A stretch of 64,000 nucleotides of DNA from Cetorhinus maximus (GCF_964194155.1 NC_135901.1:25358001-25422000), one strand, 5' to 3'; numbered from the stretch's first letter, positions 12,018 to 24,737 are shown. A program made the numbers and translations. The notes: generated from the letters alone by a model not told the origin.

Positions 12018-13105
12018 TGTAGGTAGGCCTCGGTAGTCAAATTTAGTTTTAAAAATCAATCACTTTCATACTGTATTCACTGTTATAAATAAAAAGGTCA
12101 AGGAAACTATTTTAAACTCTAACATATGGCTGGATCTTTATTTTTTATCATAAACACTGCTTTAACATAAATGTTTCCGGAAACTGCAGGCCCAATGGAA
12201 ATTGTTTAAACAAAGAATTGCTTTTCTAATTTTGATAAGCTACAGGACATTAGATTCTGCCAAAGTCCAGCTCAAGAATAAGGCCCATTGTTCCATCCAA
12301 TCAAAATTGGTAAGAAAGCTATTGTCTTCCACAAACTGTCTTTTTGAACCAGTCCATCTTGTATTAACCAAATCTATTAATTAAACAGCGCTGGATTAAT
12401 TAGCTACCAGTCAGTAACAGTGATTGAATAAGTAGTGAGCCTTAATTGAATTACAATTAATAAATCAATTCTGAATCAGTAGTTATAGTAAAAGACTGAG
12501 TTTTATTTTCTGTAAAAATGTAAAACCTTAATTGCTGTGTATGTAAAGAATGTGCAATGAAGATAAATTTACTGGCAAAAGAGACCTTCAAACTCTGATT
12601 AGCCTCAACATTTGAAACTGTATAAGAGATTGTATGGAATCGGATAAAGGGATAGTATGAAACAGTTCTATTGTATGCTGTCTAAGATAATGAGATAAGG
12701 TGATGTAAGTAATTTGAGATCCAATTAAGTTAACCAATTGTCATGTTACAACAAGCCCCACTCTGACATGAGGAAATGGTCACTTTGGGCATAAAAGTAG
12801 AGGTTCTGAAGGTCTTCCTTGCTAGCCAAGTACTTAAGATTCCCGAGGCCGAGTTCCAAGGGAATTACTGTCAAAGAAGGAGCCGGAGAGGGCCCTATTC
12901 CCTATACTAAAGACTGATCACCCGCATGAAGTTGTAAAACTCAATGTCTTAAAGTTGTGAAGTAAACCTTTTTCTTTTAATAAACCTCTTTTTAAACTTA
13001 CTTTCCAGAGAATTCTGCCTTTGCCTTCATGAGTGAATTCTTGTCCAGACCAAAGTGAGTTCATTAATTGGCAAGTTGGGGGTGTCTGAAATCGATTAAG
13101 TTACA
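12018..13105 (+). mobile_element. probable solo LTR (~1.09 kb)
   Basis: TGTAGG...GTTACA termini, TATA-like CATAAAA ~12790 and AATAAA ~12979, non-coding; no TSD found. Confidence 0.5.
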
Positions 13106-13589
13106 GATGAATTTAAAAACTTGCATTTGTAAGGGCCGTTCACAACCACAATACATCCCACAATGCTTTACAGCCAAGGAAGTACTTTTTGAAGTGTAGT
13201 CACTGTTGTAATTTATGAAACACAGTAGACCCTGCTCTTCTCTGAAACTGTGCCCATGGGAACTTCCAAGTCCACCCAAAGGGGCAGACGCGGCCCCAGC
13301 ATTGGCATCTCATCCACAAGAAAGCAGCTCCAACAGTCCAACACTCCCTCAAGTTTTGACTTCCACAAGTCTGGAGTTCCCATTTGAGCCTCTGGCATCT
13401 TTCTGTCTCTATTGCTCATGTCAATGACAGCCAGGCGACGGAGCTGAGAGCTGAATTTAGCTGAGAATAACAGGGCCTGCGTCCCAGTTAAGAAACTGCC
13501 ATGGGTGTCGACTCATAGGAAGATGCTGGAAACTCTTTCGAGTTATCAACAGTCACAGATTGCAACTCTTTCGAGTACAATCACAGTTC

Positions 13590-13675
13590 TTGGTTTCCGG
13601 GAGTGGGACATGAACCCACAACCCTCTGATTCAAAGGCGAGGGTGCTATGGACTGAGCCACAGCTGACACCTCCA
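13590..13675 (-). mobile_element. tRNA-derived SINE head
   Basis: Reverse GTCAGCTGTGGCTCAGT...GGGTTCATGTCCCACTCC with A- and B-box-like motifs. Confidence 0.65.
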
Positions 13676-14105
13676 GGAAGATGCTGGAAGGCTGACTGGG
13701 AAATGGGCCTCCAACCAATTGGGGAAGGGGTGGGGGCCGACCGGGGCTGATGGTGACGTGACCCCTGTGGTTCAGTGCCCCTGTGTCCAAAGCGGGGAGT
13801 CACAGGAACAGGGTACAGAGGAGCTGAAGAGAAACCATTTGGTCCGGAACATTGTGCAAAACCTTTTACTCTGGTTGTCTTTGATCCTCAATTAATTTAC
13901 GTTTTAAAAAAAAATGTTCTGTTTCATTAATGAACTTTTATCTGTAAAAATATTTGATTTTTCTGGACCTTTCATGATTATATTCATGCACTTTAGGGAA
14001 AGTAGGTGAAAGGGGTTGGCAGGCTCTTTAACAGCAATTGAGTCCCTCTAAGGTAATTGGCAAAGGAGCCACGGGGAAGATGAGATTTTATTTTTGACAC
14101 AGCGA

Positions 14106-15835
14106 TGTTAGAAAATGGGGTTCAGGGAGTTAATTAACTCTTTATCCCCCTTTCCCAAACTCTGAAATGATTCACAGTGATAACCCTTATTGGTGACAGT
14201 GGTTAGATTTTATTCAGTATAAATAAGACCAGACACTTGCTAATGTCTGAGCAGTAGTATCAAATTGCAGCAGCATTACCATTACACTCTGGGTAGAAGC
14301 ACCATCTCCACGTAAATGCTCCCTGATCTATCTCAAATGCCATGGCACCAGTCAGTGCAATATGTAAAACCTCAACAAATTTGTGTTCTTGGAGAATCCC
14401 TTCTTATTCCTTTTTCAATCGCAAAGTCTATGGAGACTGATTTAACCCAATCATTGCCGAGCTAATATTTGAATGAACCAATTATAAAACGTGTCATTGA
14501 TCCATCTGTACCCGTCCGAGCCACGTCAAACTCTGAAACAATTGATTTCCCCACACTCCATCCCCGGTACAGGGAGTCAGCATTCCCAGGCCAAGCAGTG
14601 AAAACATGGTGGCCTTGACACCCCGGTGTTGTCTAGGATTCAAAGCATTCTTGTTTTCTCTGTCCTCTGGGAGCTGTTAATCTCCCTGTTCCCACATAGC
14701 AAGTCATCTGTTCTCAGCTCTGCGAGATTTCTGCTGAAGTTTGGCCCCTTTTAAACCTTTCAGATCACTAAAGCATATGGTCAATGAAGACCCGAACCAC
14801 AATTTCCCATCCTGTCACCTGCTAACCATCCTTACCCAGGGCGTAATCTCAACAGGAATAAAAGCAGAAGTGTGACAATAACATTAAAAATAAATGCACA
14901 GCCAATCATAGAATTTAATTTAATGTTTGCTAATTAGCAAGAAAACCCCAAGTAGGGATCCCTCAGGATTCTTACAGTCCACGCCTTGAGGGAGAGGAGT
15001 ACTCTCTCTCTCCAGCTCCTCACTCAATTTCACTCTGTTATTTTCCAGTTCTGTTCTGGCCCCGACTGGGGTAACATCTCTTCAATCATTTCCTCTCCTG
15101 AGGGAGTGCCATGACTTCTAGGTTACTAGTACATCAGGACATATGCTTCAAGTAACAGATCAAGCATGGATGGAGAAGATTCTCCAGCTCTCTATTTACC
15201 CCTATCCAACTTGAGGACAGTTCTTGCTGAGTATTATTTCTCTCAAGCCCTCGATTGTCCCAATCCAAATGACTAGTGTGTTTAATCCTATCCTGATTGT
15301 TTTAAAGTCAGTTTCTCTATGGAGTATGTGTCAATGCTTTGATGATGTCAAAATATTGTCTCATTCCCCTGGCCAGATTAACCATTTCATGTTGTGCTAT
15401 CTATTAAGTAGCTGTGGATGTTTGGGACCCATTCTTCGAGCATTTCACCATGAATTTACATGTCAGTTGCTTCACATGTAACAGAATACATCTGCACACT
15501 CACACCAGTATTCCAATATCATGCCACATATTCTTAACTTTCAGGTGCTCTTAATAAAGGATGAAAGTGGGTGTCACTCTTGAGATCTTTGCCTATCTCC
15601 CCCATATGGTCCTGATATTTCCGATAGTAGCCAGGTTATCAAATGCGGGTTTCTTTTTTAAAAAATCATAAGCAAAGGATACAAATATTTCCAAGAGAAA
15701 GCTATCAACTTGTTCATCTCATCGACGCTTTCTTGACTTCCACTAGAATGGACGTGGATACCAGATTGATATATTCCAATGAACTATACCCAAGTGAGTT
15801 ATTCCAATTCTTTTAGTATCCAGCACAACATTTTC
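14106..15835 (-). mobile_element. possible ERV/LTR element remnant (LTR plus decayed internal region)
   Basis: Abrupt TGTTAG junction interrupting a CR1 tail, reverse AATAAA ~14210, and non-repetitive internal sequence with no intact ORF. Confidence 0.35.
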
Positions 15836-15904
15836 ACAATATCTTTAAAACAGAAATTAAACATTCCCATTTGATTTCAGGCATTAATGTATTCGGTTTC
15901 ATTT

Positions 15905-16990
15905 TAGGCTTTAGTGTCCTTGGAGTAAAGGAGATTGCAGGAGATTTGGTAAAGTCGTTCAGGATTATGACAGGTTTACATAAGGTGGACAAAGAAAAGC
16001 TGTTCCCATTAGCTGATGGTACAAGGATGAGGGGACACAGATTTAAGCTTTTAGGGAGGAGATGTAGGGGGATGGGAGAAAGAATATTTTTACACAGAGA
16101 GTGAGAATGACCTGGAACTCTCTGCTGATGAGGGTGGTGAAAATGGAGACGATGAATGATTTCAAAAGGAAATTGGATGGACACTTGAGAGAAATAAACT
16201 TTCAGGGTGACAGGGATAGAATGGGGCAATGGGACTGATTGGATTGCTCTGCAGAGAGTCAGCATGGACTCGACAGGCTGAATGGCCTCCTTCTCTGCCA
16301 GAGTGACTCTACAATCTAAAGAGAGAAACTTTAGCTGTTCCAGTCTCTCCAACGAACTGAAGTCCCTCATCCCTGATGCCCATCTCATAAATCTCCTCTG
16401 CGCCCTCTCTCAGAACTTCACATCTTTCCTAAAGTGTGGGGCCCATATATAGGGTTCCTTTCTAGAGGAATAGAATTGAAGAGCAGCGAAGTTATTTTCA
16501 ACTTGTTTAGAACTGTGGATCGACAACACTGGGAGTACTGCCAACATTTGTGATCTCCATTTAGAAAAAGTAAATAGAGGCACTGGAGAAGGGGCAACAA
16601 AGATTCACAAGAATAGTACCTGAACTGACAGCATTTCACCCTCAGGAAAGGCTGGGGCTGCTTTTCCTGAGAAAAGAGCAGACTGAAGGGTAACCTGATG
16701 GAAGTCTTTAAGATTCTGAAGGGATTCAATAATCCAATAGGGAATTGATGAGAAACCTCTTTACCCAGTGAATGGTGAGAATGTGGAACTCACTATCACA
16801 GGGAGTGGTTGAGGTGAATAGCATGAATACATTTAAGGGGAAGCAAGATACATACATGAGGGAGAAAGGAATAGAAGGATTTGCTGAAGGAGAGATGAAC
16901 AGGGGTGGATGGAGGATCATGTGGAGCATAAATACTGACAGAGACCAATTGAGCCGACTGGCCTGGCCCTGTGCTGTAGACTCAATGGAA
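15905..16990 (+). mobile_element. CR1 3' fragments
   Basis: GDLVKSFRIMTGLHKVDKEKLFPLADGTRMRGHRFK and MWNSLSQGVVEVNS. Confidence 0.8.
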
Positions 16991-17278
16991 CAAAAACAAA
17001 TGTATTTATTTCAGATTTACCTATAGTGGTAGGAAAAACACTATTTACTATCCAGGATATAATAAAAGTATTTCACCAGCTTTTCCAGGTCATTGCAGTG
17101 GAAATGTGCACTTCCAGGCTCAAAGCGCGTCAGCCCACTGGAAGCAAAGTCGTGAGACCGGCCAGTCCAGCGGGAAGAAACTCTCTGACTCTCCCACTTC
17201 ACCAACTGTCAGAATGAACATGATTCAGTCCCGGATGTGATTAACAGCAACAACAACAGCAGAATCCAACCCCTGTGA

Positions 17279-17800
17279 TCACTTGTGAACTCGCTGGTGT
17301 GTCGGCATGATGGATAACATAGTGAATCCCTTCCTGCACACAGAGAAGATGAACGACCTCTCCCCAGTGTGAACTCTCTGGTGTGTCAGCAGGTAGGTTG
17401 AGCGTGTGAATTCCTTCCCACATTCGGAGCAGGTGAATGGCCTCTCTCCAGTGTGAACCCACTGGTGTGTCAGCAGGCTGGATGAATCACTGAATCCCTT
17501 CCCACACTCAGAGCAGACAAATGGCCTCTCGCCAGTGTGAACTCTCTGGTGTGTCAGCAGGTTTGATGACTTAATGAATCGCTGCCCACAATTGGAGCAG
17601 GTGAACGGCCTCTCCCCAGTGTAAACTCGCTGGTGTGTCTGCAGGTTGAATGATTTAATGAACCCCTTCCCACACTCGGAGCATGTGAATGGCTTCTCCC
17701 CGGTGTGAACGTATCGATGGGTTTCCAACTCAGACGGGCAACAAAAACCCTTCCCGCAGTCCCCACATTTCCACAGTTTCTCTCGGATGTGGGTGTCCAT
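17279..17800 (-). CDS. C2H2 zinc-finger protein (ZNF-4), 6 finger repeats of which 2 are degenerate
   Basis: ATG at 17800 (MDTHIREKLWKCGDC...). Finger 2 ends HQRVY and the last finger begins FSVC. Acceptor AG at 18133-18134. Confidence 0.7.
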   Translation of the reverse strand: MDTHIREKLWKCGDCGKGFCCPSELETHRYVHTGEKPFTCSECGKGFIKSFNLQTHQRVYTGERPFTCSNCGQRFIKSSNLLTHQRVHTGERPFVCSECGKGFSDSSSLLTHQWVHTGERPFTCSECGKEFTRSTYLLTHQRVHTGERSFIFSVCRKGFTMLSIMPTHQRVHK

Positions 17801-18479
17801 GTGCCTCTCTGGGTTTGATAACCGGTTGAAGCCTCGTCCACACACACAGCACCTATACAGGATCTCCCTGCTGTTAATGGTGTGATGCTTTCTCAGGCTG
17901 TGTAACTAGTCAAAACTCTTTCCACAATCCGTTCACTGGAACACCCTCACTCGCGTGTGTGTGTGTATCTTTTCCAGTCACGAACTGATGTTTGAAATTT
18001 TTTTCCCTCAGACATACGGACAAACATTTCTCTTTCCACATTCAAGGGCTGATGATATTCAGTTCCTGATGAATCGAGTGACTCTGACAGATCTCGATAA
18101 TTGGTTTTCCTTTTCCTTTGATTCCTAATACCCTGTAAAAAGAGTTTACATAGAATTACACAGAAAATACAGAATAGAAAGAGGCCTTTGGCCCAACTAG
18201 TGTGTGCTGGCGTTTATACTCCAGACTCTTCTCCTTCAATTCCATCTACCTCAGCTCAGTCTTTCACTTTATCTTTCTATTCCTTTTTCTCTCATGCACT
18301 CATCTAGTTTCCTTCTGAAAGTATCTCAGCTTTTTGCCACAACCACTTCCTGTGGTAGTGAGTTCCACCTTCTAACCATTCTGAGTAAACACATTTCTCC
18401 ATATTTCCCTATTGGATTTATCAGCAACTATCTTGTATTTCTGGTTCCTAATTTTGGATTCTCCCACAAATGGAAACAT

Positions 18480-19480
18480 TCACTCCACATTGACAAGGCC
18501 CTACATGACCGACTGGACAGAAAAATAGAAGCTGATGGAACCCTGGAGCAAGTTACAAGTTGAATCCAAATTTGGCTCAATGGCAGGAAGGGATGAATGA
18601 CGGTTGATGGGTGTCTTTTTGTGACTGGAAGGCTGGTTGCAGTGGGGTTTCACAGGGCTCAGTATTGGTTCCTTCTTTCCTAGTTTATTTACTAGATTCA
18701 CACTTAACTGTAGGCATATGAATAAGAAGTTTGATGATGATACAAAAAACGGCTGTCTGCTTAATGGTGAGGAAGAAAGTTGTGGGGAAAAGAAGGCAAA
18801 GGATCACATGATAAATGGTAGGATACCGAGAATTGTAGAGGAACAGAGATCTTGGAGTTCATGTCCACAGATCCCTGAAGGTAGCAGGGCAGGTAGATAA
18901 GGTGATTAAGGATACAGGATAATTACCCCTAATGAGGCATGGATTATAAGAATAGGGAGGTTCTGCTCGAACTGTATAACACACTAGTTATGCCAGAGCT
19001 AGAGTACTGTGTACAGTACAGGAAGGATGTGATCACACTAGAGAGAGTTACAGAGGGGGATATAAGATGTGCCAAGAATGGAGAATTTTAGTAATGAGGA
19101 AAGGATGGATAGGCTGGAATTGTTTTCTTTGGAACAGAGGAGGCTGAGGGGAGACCTAAATAAAATGTATAAAATTATGAGGGGTCCATAGATTCGATAG
19201 GAAGGCAGTATTCCCTTTGTTGGAGGGGTCCATAATGAAGGGAAATAAGTAAGAGGTTTAGAGCAGATACAAGGGATTTTTTTTTCACCCAGAGGGTGGT
19301 GAGAAGCTGTAACCCAATGCTTGAAAAGATGGTAGACACAGAACCCCTCATAACATTTATAAGGCACTCGGATATACACTCGAAGTGACCTAACCTACGA
19401 GGCTGCAGACCAAGATCTGGAAATTGGGATCAGGCTGGATGGCTACCTATTGGCCATTTTGGACATGACGGGCCGAATGA
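18480..19480 (+). mobile_element. degenerate CR1 RT/3' fragment
   Basis: KFDDDTK remnant, RRLRGDL..YKIMRG and FFTQRVV. Confidence 0.8.
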
Positions 19481-19689
19481 ACTGCAACATGGACAAAAAA
19501 ACTTTGCCCAAAACTGGTACTGTAACTCTCACGAATAACGCAGCTCAACGGTTTGCTCTTTTAGCTGCCAAGTATGTTTATTTAAGCACACGAGTTAATT
19601 TGCCTGCATAGAACAAATTCTTCAACATATCCAATGAGATCGATGTAATTGGTCTCACATTTAACCTGAAAAGATCATGAAAAGTTTCC

Positions 19690-19860
19690 CAGTCTCTCTA
19701 ATATCTGAAATCTTTGCCCACAGACATTTCACCTTCCACATTCAGAGGCCGCTGATATTCAGGTCCTGATGATCGAGTGACTGTCAGATCATGACATAAT
19801 ATTTGGTTTGGGGTTCCCGCTTGGTAATCCTCCTGTTCTAACTCCTGTAGAAGGAGTTTC
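19690..19860 (-). pseudogene. truncated ZNF leader-exon copy next to a promoter
   Basis: Reverse ttctacAG-GAGTTAGAACAGGAGGATT...GATCTGACAGTCACTCGATCATCAGGACCTGAATATCAGCGGCC, homologous to the ZNF exon starts. Confidence 0.65.
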
Positions 19861-19899
19861 CAGAGGAGTTTCACTGTGAATCCAGGGCAGAAATTCACA

Positions 19900-20300
19900 A
19901 CATCTTTTCTTCCTGCATTCGGTCCTAGGATGGCCGCGCATGCGCTCCTGCCCCAATAGAGATATCGGCCGCGTATGCGCCAGACTGCCCATTGCCCCTA
20001 TAAGGATGGCGGCTGCTCACCCGGACCTGGCATAAACATCATGGGTATCGGGCCGCTCCAATTAAACACCGGACTGCATCAAAAGTACTGGAACAGACGT
20101 CTTACCCTATGGACAGATTCTGAATAATGGCGGATGAGGCTATCCAGAATTCTCCGCGCGGGTGAATACGCCCTATCTCTATCAGAAGGGCAGTAATGCG
20201 CAGGCGCGAGGAGGCCCCGCCCCCGGAAGCCGCCTGCCTGCGCGGAGCGGCTCCAGGCTGAGCGCAGTTTCGGTGAGAGCGAGTGGGGGGAACACGGATT
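19900..20300. promoter_or_regulatory. CpG-rich bidirectional promoter between ZNF-4 (-) and ZNF-5 (+)
   Basis: NRF1 GCGCATGCGC ~19936, YY1-like GATGGCGGC ~20006, TGCGCAGGCGC, GC box and ETS CCGGAAG ~20223, and a GTGAGA donor ~20273. Confidence 0.7.
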
Positions 20301-20489
20301 ATTGTAGGAGCTGTTAATCCATTTCACACAGGCAGATACTTTTAATTTATGATGGGTTTATAGGAGTCAGTAGCAAGGCAGCTCACATTGCCAATCCCCT
20401 GTTGCCTGTTGAGAAATTGATGGTGGGTTTTGTTCTTGAATCGCTGCAGCCCGTGTGGTGAAGGGGCTTCCACAAAACTGTTAGGTAAG

Positions 20490-20946
20490 GATGGGATGAA
20501 GCATTTAAGTTCTGAAGAGAGGTTAGATAGACTTGGGTTGTTTTCGTTGGAGCAGTGAAGAGTAAGGGGTGACCTGATTGAGGTGTACAAGATTATGAGG
20601 GGAATGGACAGGGTGGATCGGGAGCAGCTGTTCCCCTTATTTGAAGGGTCAGTCACGAGGGGTCACAAGTCCAAGGTGAGGGGCAGGAGGTTTAGGGGGG
20701 ATGTGAGGAAAACCTTTTTACCCAGAGGACAGTGACGGTCTGGAATGCGCTGCCCGGGAGGGTGGTGGAGCCAGGTTGCCTCACATCTTTTAAAAAGTAC
20801 CTGGATGAGCACTTGGCACGTCATAACATTCAAGGTTATGGGCCAAGTGCTGGTAGATGGGATTAGGTAGGTAGGTAAGGTGTTTCTCACATGTCGGTGC
20901 AGACTCGATAGGCCGAAGGGCCTCTTCTGCACTCTGTGATTCTGTG
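20490..20946 (+). mobile_element. CR1 3' end, relatively young subfamily
   Basis: C-terminus plus 3'UTR GGCCGAAGGGCCTCTTCTGCAC with a (TGTGATTC)n tail; same subfamily at 37592 and 52849. Confidence 0.85.
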
Positions 20947-20979
20947 ATTGAGAGGATCTTCATCCAGTGATGAAGCAAC

Positions 20980-21740
20980 AGTGATGTGTGTCCAAGTCTG
21001 TAACATTGACTTACATTTGTAACGGTGATGCGTGTCCAAGTCTGTAACATTGACTTACATTTATATAACACCTTTGATGTATGTTGTTTTATGGGAGTTT
21101 TACAAGTGACATCTGACACTGAGACATATAAGGAGATATTGGGGCAGATGATCTGGAGTTTGGTCAAAGAGGTATGTTTGAAGGAGTATCTTAAAGCAGG
21201 AAAGAAAGGCACAGAGGTGGAGAGATTTCTGAAGGGAATTCCAGAGCTCATGGCTTGGCACACCCACTAACGCTGAAGCAATTGAAAATGGGGATGCTGA
21301 AGAGGTCAGAATTAGATGAGCACGGAGATCTCAGAAAGCTGTAGGACTGGAAGAGATGACAGAAATAGGGAGGGGTGAGGTGTCGAGGAATTTGAAAACA
21401 AGGGTGAGAACTTTAAAATTGAGGTGCTGCTGAATCTGGGGGCTGTGTAAGTCAGCGAGCAGAAGGACACTCTTGAGATCTCTGCGCTCATCTAATTCTG
21501 GCCTCTTGAGCCTTTCTTTCCTCCTTTAAGACACTTCTTCAAACCAACCTCTGAACAAACTCCTGATTATCTGCCCTAATATCTCCTTATATGTCTCGGT
21601 GTCAGATGTTATTTGTAAAACTCCCATAAAACAACATACATCAAAGGTATTATATAAATGTAAGTCAATGTTACAGACTTGGACACACATCGCCGTTATA
21701 AATCTTAGTCAATGTTACAGACTTGGACACATATCACTGG
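20980..21740. repeat. inverted repeat, ~230-bp arms (20980-21210 / 21510-21740), L2-derived
   Basis: GTGTCCAAGTCTGTAACATTGACTTACATTT (x2) is mirrored by AAATGTAAGTCAATGTTACAGACTTGGACAC (x2). Confidence 0.85.
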
Positions 21741-22832
21741 TGTAACTGTAAGTTCAATGACTTGGTGAACAAGACTTGATATGAAGAAGGCCATGGGCAG
21801 CAGAATTCTGGATGATCTCAATTTACAGGAGGTTGGAAATGGGGGGGCTGCCCAGGGGTGTGTTAGACAAGAAATGAAAACAGAAATTGCTGGAAATATT
21901 CAGCAATTCTGGCAGCATCTGTGCATTAGAATAGTCAAGGTGGGAGATGACAAAGGAACGGATGAGAGTATCAGAAGCAGATGATCTGAGACTGGGGAAA
22001 AGCAGGTGAGGTTGTCGAGGTGGAAATTGGAAGTCTTCTGTGATCAGAAGATCAGCTGGGTGTGAAATATGACACCAAGATTGTGAGCAGACTTTTCCAC
22101 CCTCTGATAGTTGTGAGGGAGAGGGATGGAGTCAGTGGCTTCGGAATAGAGTTTGTAGTGGAGACTGAAGACAATGGTGTCAGTCTTTCCAATATTTAAT
22201 TGGAAGAAATTTCTTTTCATCCAATACTGGATGTCGGACCAGTTAGGAGAGCTTGCAACTTGGAGGGAAACTTACAGGTGATGGTGTTTGCATACACCTA
22301 CTTGTCTGGTCCTTTGAGGTGGTAGAGATTGTGGGTTTGGAATGTTCTGTCAAGCGGCAGATGTATAAAATCCCTCTCCTTCACCCCCTGATACTCCCAC
22401 CTCTCACTCTGTCTATTCTCCCTAGATTAGACTGGCTAGAAGCCAGAGTCCAGGTCCAGACCGGATTGCAGGATCCCCTCCCTGAAGGACATGAATGAAC
22501 CAGTTGGTTTTTTTTGACAATCCAGCAACTTTCATGGTCACTTTTTCCAAGTGCTGACCCCACAAATTACCAGATTCATTTAGATCAATTTCACAGCCTG
22601 ACTTTGTGATCAGAGCTGGGGTGAAATATGACACCAAGATGGTCACCAGTCTTGTCCAGCCTCAGACATTTGTCAGGGAGTCAGTGGCTATGGAATAGAG
22701 TTTGTAGTGGGGACTGACGAGAATGGTTTTGGTCTTCCCATATTTAACTAGAGGAAATTTCTGTTCATCCAGGACTGGGTAACGGACAAGTTGGGACGGT
22801 TTCAACTTGGAGGGGAACATGCAGTTGATGGT

Positions 22833-23066
22833 ATAGAGACAGAAAATGATGGAAAAACTCAGCAGGTCTGGTGGTATCTGTGGAGAGAGAAAAACAGAGT
22901 TAACGTTTCACATCCATATGATTTTTCTAGCTCTGAAGAAGAGTCATATTGGATTCAAAACATTAACTCTGTTTCTCTCTCCACAGGTGCTGCCAGACCT
23001 GCTGAGTTTTTCCCACATTTTCTGTTTTTATTTCAGATTTCCAGCATGTGCAGTATTTTGCTTTTG
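22833..23066. mobile_element. Penelope pLTR-derived fold-back mini-element with 13-bp TSD
   Basis: TSD TGCAGTT(G/A)ATGGT at 22820-22832 and 23067-23079; hammerhead-like CTGAAGA-AGAGTC..GATTC-AAAAC at 22933. Confidence 0.8.
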
Positions 23067-23135
23067 TGCAGTTAATGGTGTTCACATACACCTACTTCTC
23101 TGGTCCTTTCACATGGTGCAGGTTGAGGGTTTGGA

Positions 23136-23367
23136 TGATAAAAGCAAAATACTGCAGATGCTGGAAATCTGAAACAAAAACAGAAGTAGCTGGAAAAACT
23201 CAGCAAGTCTGACAGCATCTGTGGAGAGGAAGACAGAGTTAACGTGTCGAGTCCGTATGACTCTTCATCAGAACTCTGAGTCATACGGACTTGAAACGTT
23301 AGCATCTGTGGAGAGGAAAACAGAGTTATCAGACCTGCTGAATCTTTCCAGCTATTTTTGTTTTTGT
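23136..23367. mobile_element. Penelope pLTR-derived fold-back mini-element with 13-bp TSD
   Basis: TSD TTGAGG(G/A)TTTGGA at 23123-23135 and 23368-23380. Confidence 0.8.
23234..23278 (-). ncRNA. minimal type I hammerhead ribozyme-like motif (one core substitution)
   Basis: CAGAGTT-CTGATGA-A-GAGTC-ATACG-GACTC-GAC-ACGTT-AACTCTG: 7-bp stem I, stem II and palindromic ACGT stem III; GAAA is mutated to GACA. Confidence 0.6.
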
Positions 23368-23774
23368 TTGAGGATTTGGAAGGTTCTGTCAAAGTTTGGG
23401 TCAAGTTGTGGATATATAAAATCCCTCACCCCCTAATGCTGCCACATCTCACTTTCTTTATCTTCTCTCTTAGAAGCCGGAGCTCAGGCCCAGACCGAAT
23501 GCATTCGTGAATAGTTTTTATGACAATCCAGCAGTTTTCATGGTCACTTTTTCCTAGTGCCGGCCCCACAAATTACCAGATTCATTCAGCTCAATTTCAC
23601 AACCTGCCTTGTGTTTTTGTGGGTTCTCTCTCACTCCCTTTTATCTGTTTTAAATCAATTTCACAGGGTATTAGAAGGGAAGGAAGGCAGTCGGGAAATT
23701 CATACCTAACATCACATCAGGATCTAACAGAGTTGCTCAATTTATCGTAACCTGAATATTGTCGGATTTTGAAC

Positions 23775-24482
23775 ATGGAAGGAGAAAGCACCGTTCACAG
23801 TTGGGAGAAACCATACACGTGTTCTGTGTGTGGACGAGGCTTCAACCGATCATCTGACCTGTCGAGACACAAGCGCAGTCACACTGAGGAGAAACCGTGT
23901 AAATGTGGGGACTGCGGGAAAGGATTCAATTTTCCAGTTCAGCTGGAATCTCATCGGCGCACTCACACTGGGGAGAAGCCGTTCACCTGCTCCAAGTGTG
24001 GGAAGGGATTCACTCTTTCATGCAACCTGTTGGCTCACCAGCGTGTTCACACTGATGAGAGACCTTTTAAATGCCCAGACTGCGGGAAGTGCTATAAAAG
24101 TTCTGGTGAACTGATGCGCCATCAACGTATTCACACTGACGAGAGACCATTCAGGTGCTCTCGGTGCCATACTGGGTTCAGGCAATTATCTGATCTCACT
24201 GTACACCAGCGAATTCACACTGGAGAGAGGCCGTTTACTTGCTCAGAGTGTGGGAAGGGATTCACTCAGTTGGCCAACCTGCTGACACACCAGCGCATTC
24301 ACACTGGTGAGAGGCCGTTCACCTGCTCCTTGTGTGGAAAGGGATTCACTACATTATCCAACCAGCTGGAGCACCAGCGAGTTCACACTGGGGAGAGGCC
24401 ATTCACCTGCACCGCGTGTCAGAAAGGATTTGCTCATTCATCCACCCTCCTGAGACACCAGCAAGTTCACAAAGATGCATGA
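23775..24482 (+). CDS. C2H2 zinc-finger protein (ZNF-5), 8 fingers
   Basis: AACATGG start MEGESTVH... and 8 intact CX2C...HX3H units; acceptor ttcacAG at 23666. Confidence 0.9.
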   Translation: MEGESTVHSWEKPYTCSVCGRGFNRSSDLSRHKRSHTEEKPCKCGDCGKGFNFPVQLESHRRTHTGEKPFTCSKCGKGFTLSCNLLAHQRVHTDERPFKCPDCGKCYKSSGELMRHQRIHTDERPFRCSRCHTGFRQLSDLTVHQRIHTGERPFTCSECGKGFTQLANLLTHQRIHTGERPFTCSLCGKGFTTLSNQLEHQRVHTGERPFTCTACQKGFAHSSTLLRHQQVHKDA

Positions 24483-24737
24483 GAACGCCACTATCTTCAA
24501 GTTCCCCTCCAAGCTACACACCATCCTGATTTGGGACTATATTGCCGTTCCTTCACTGTCACTGGGTCGAAATCCTGGAACCCCTCCTCCCGAACAGCAC
24601 TGTGGACGTTCCCACGGACTGCAGCGGTTCAAGAAGGCGGCTCAGTACCATCTACTCCAGGGGCAATTAGGGATGGGCAATAAATATTGTTCCAACCAGT
24701 TATGCCCACATCCCATGAATGAATACATTTTTTAAAA
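24474..24737 (+). mobile_element. LINE 3' tail inserted at the ZNF-5 stop codon
   Basis: Recurrent LINE tail; the ZNF 3'UTR resumes after it (ACTGCAGTGATTGGATTTTGCTGTTAATCAC). Confidence 0.75.
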
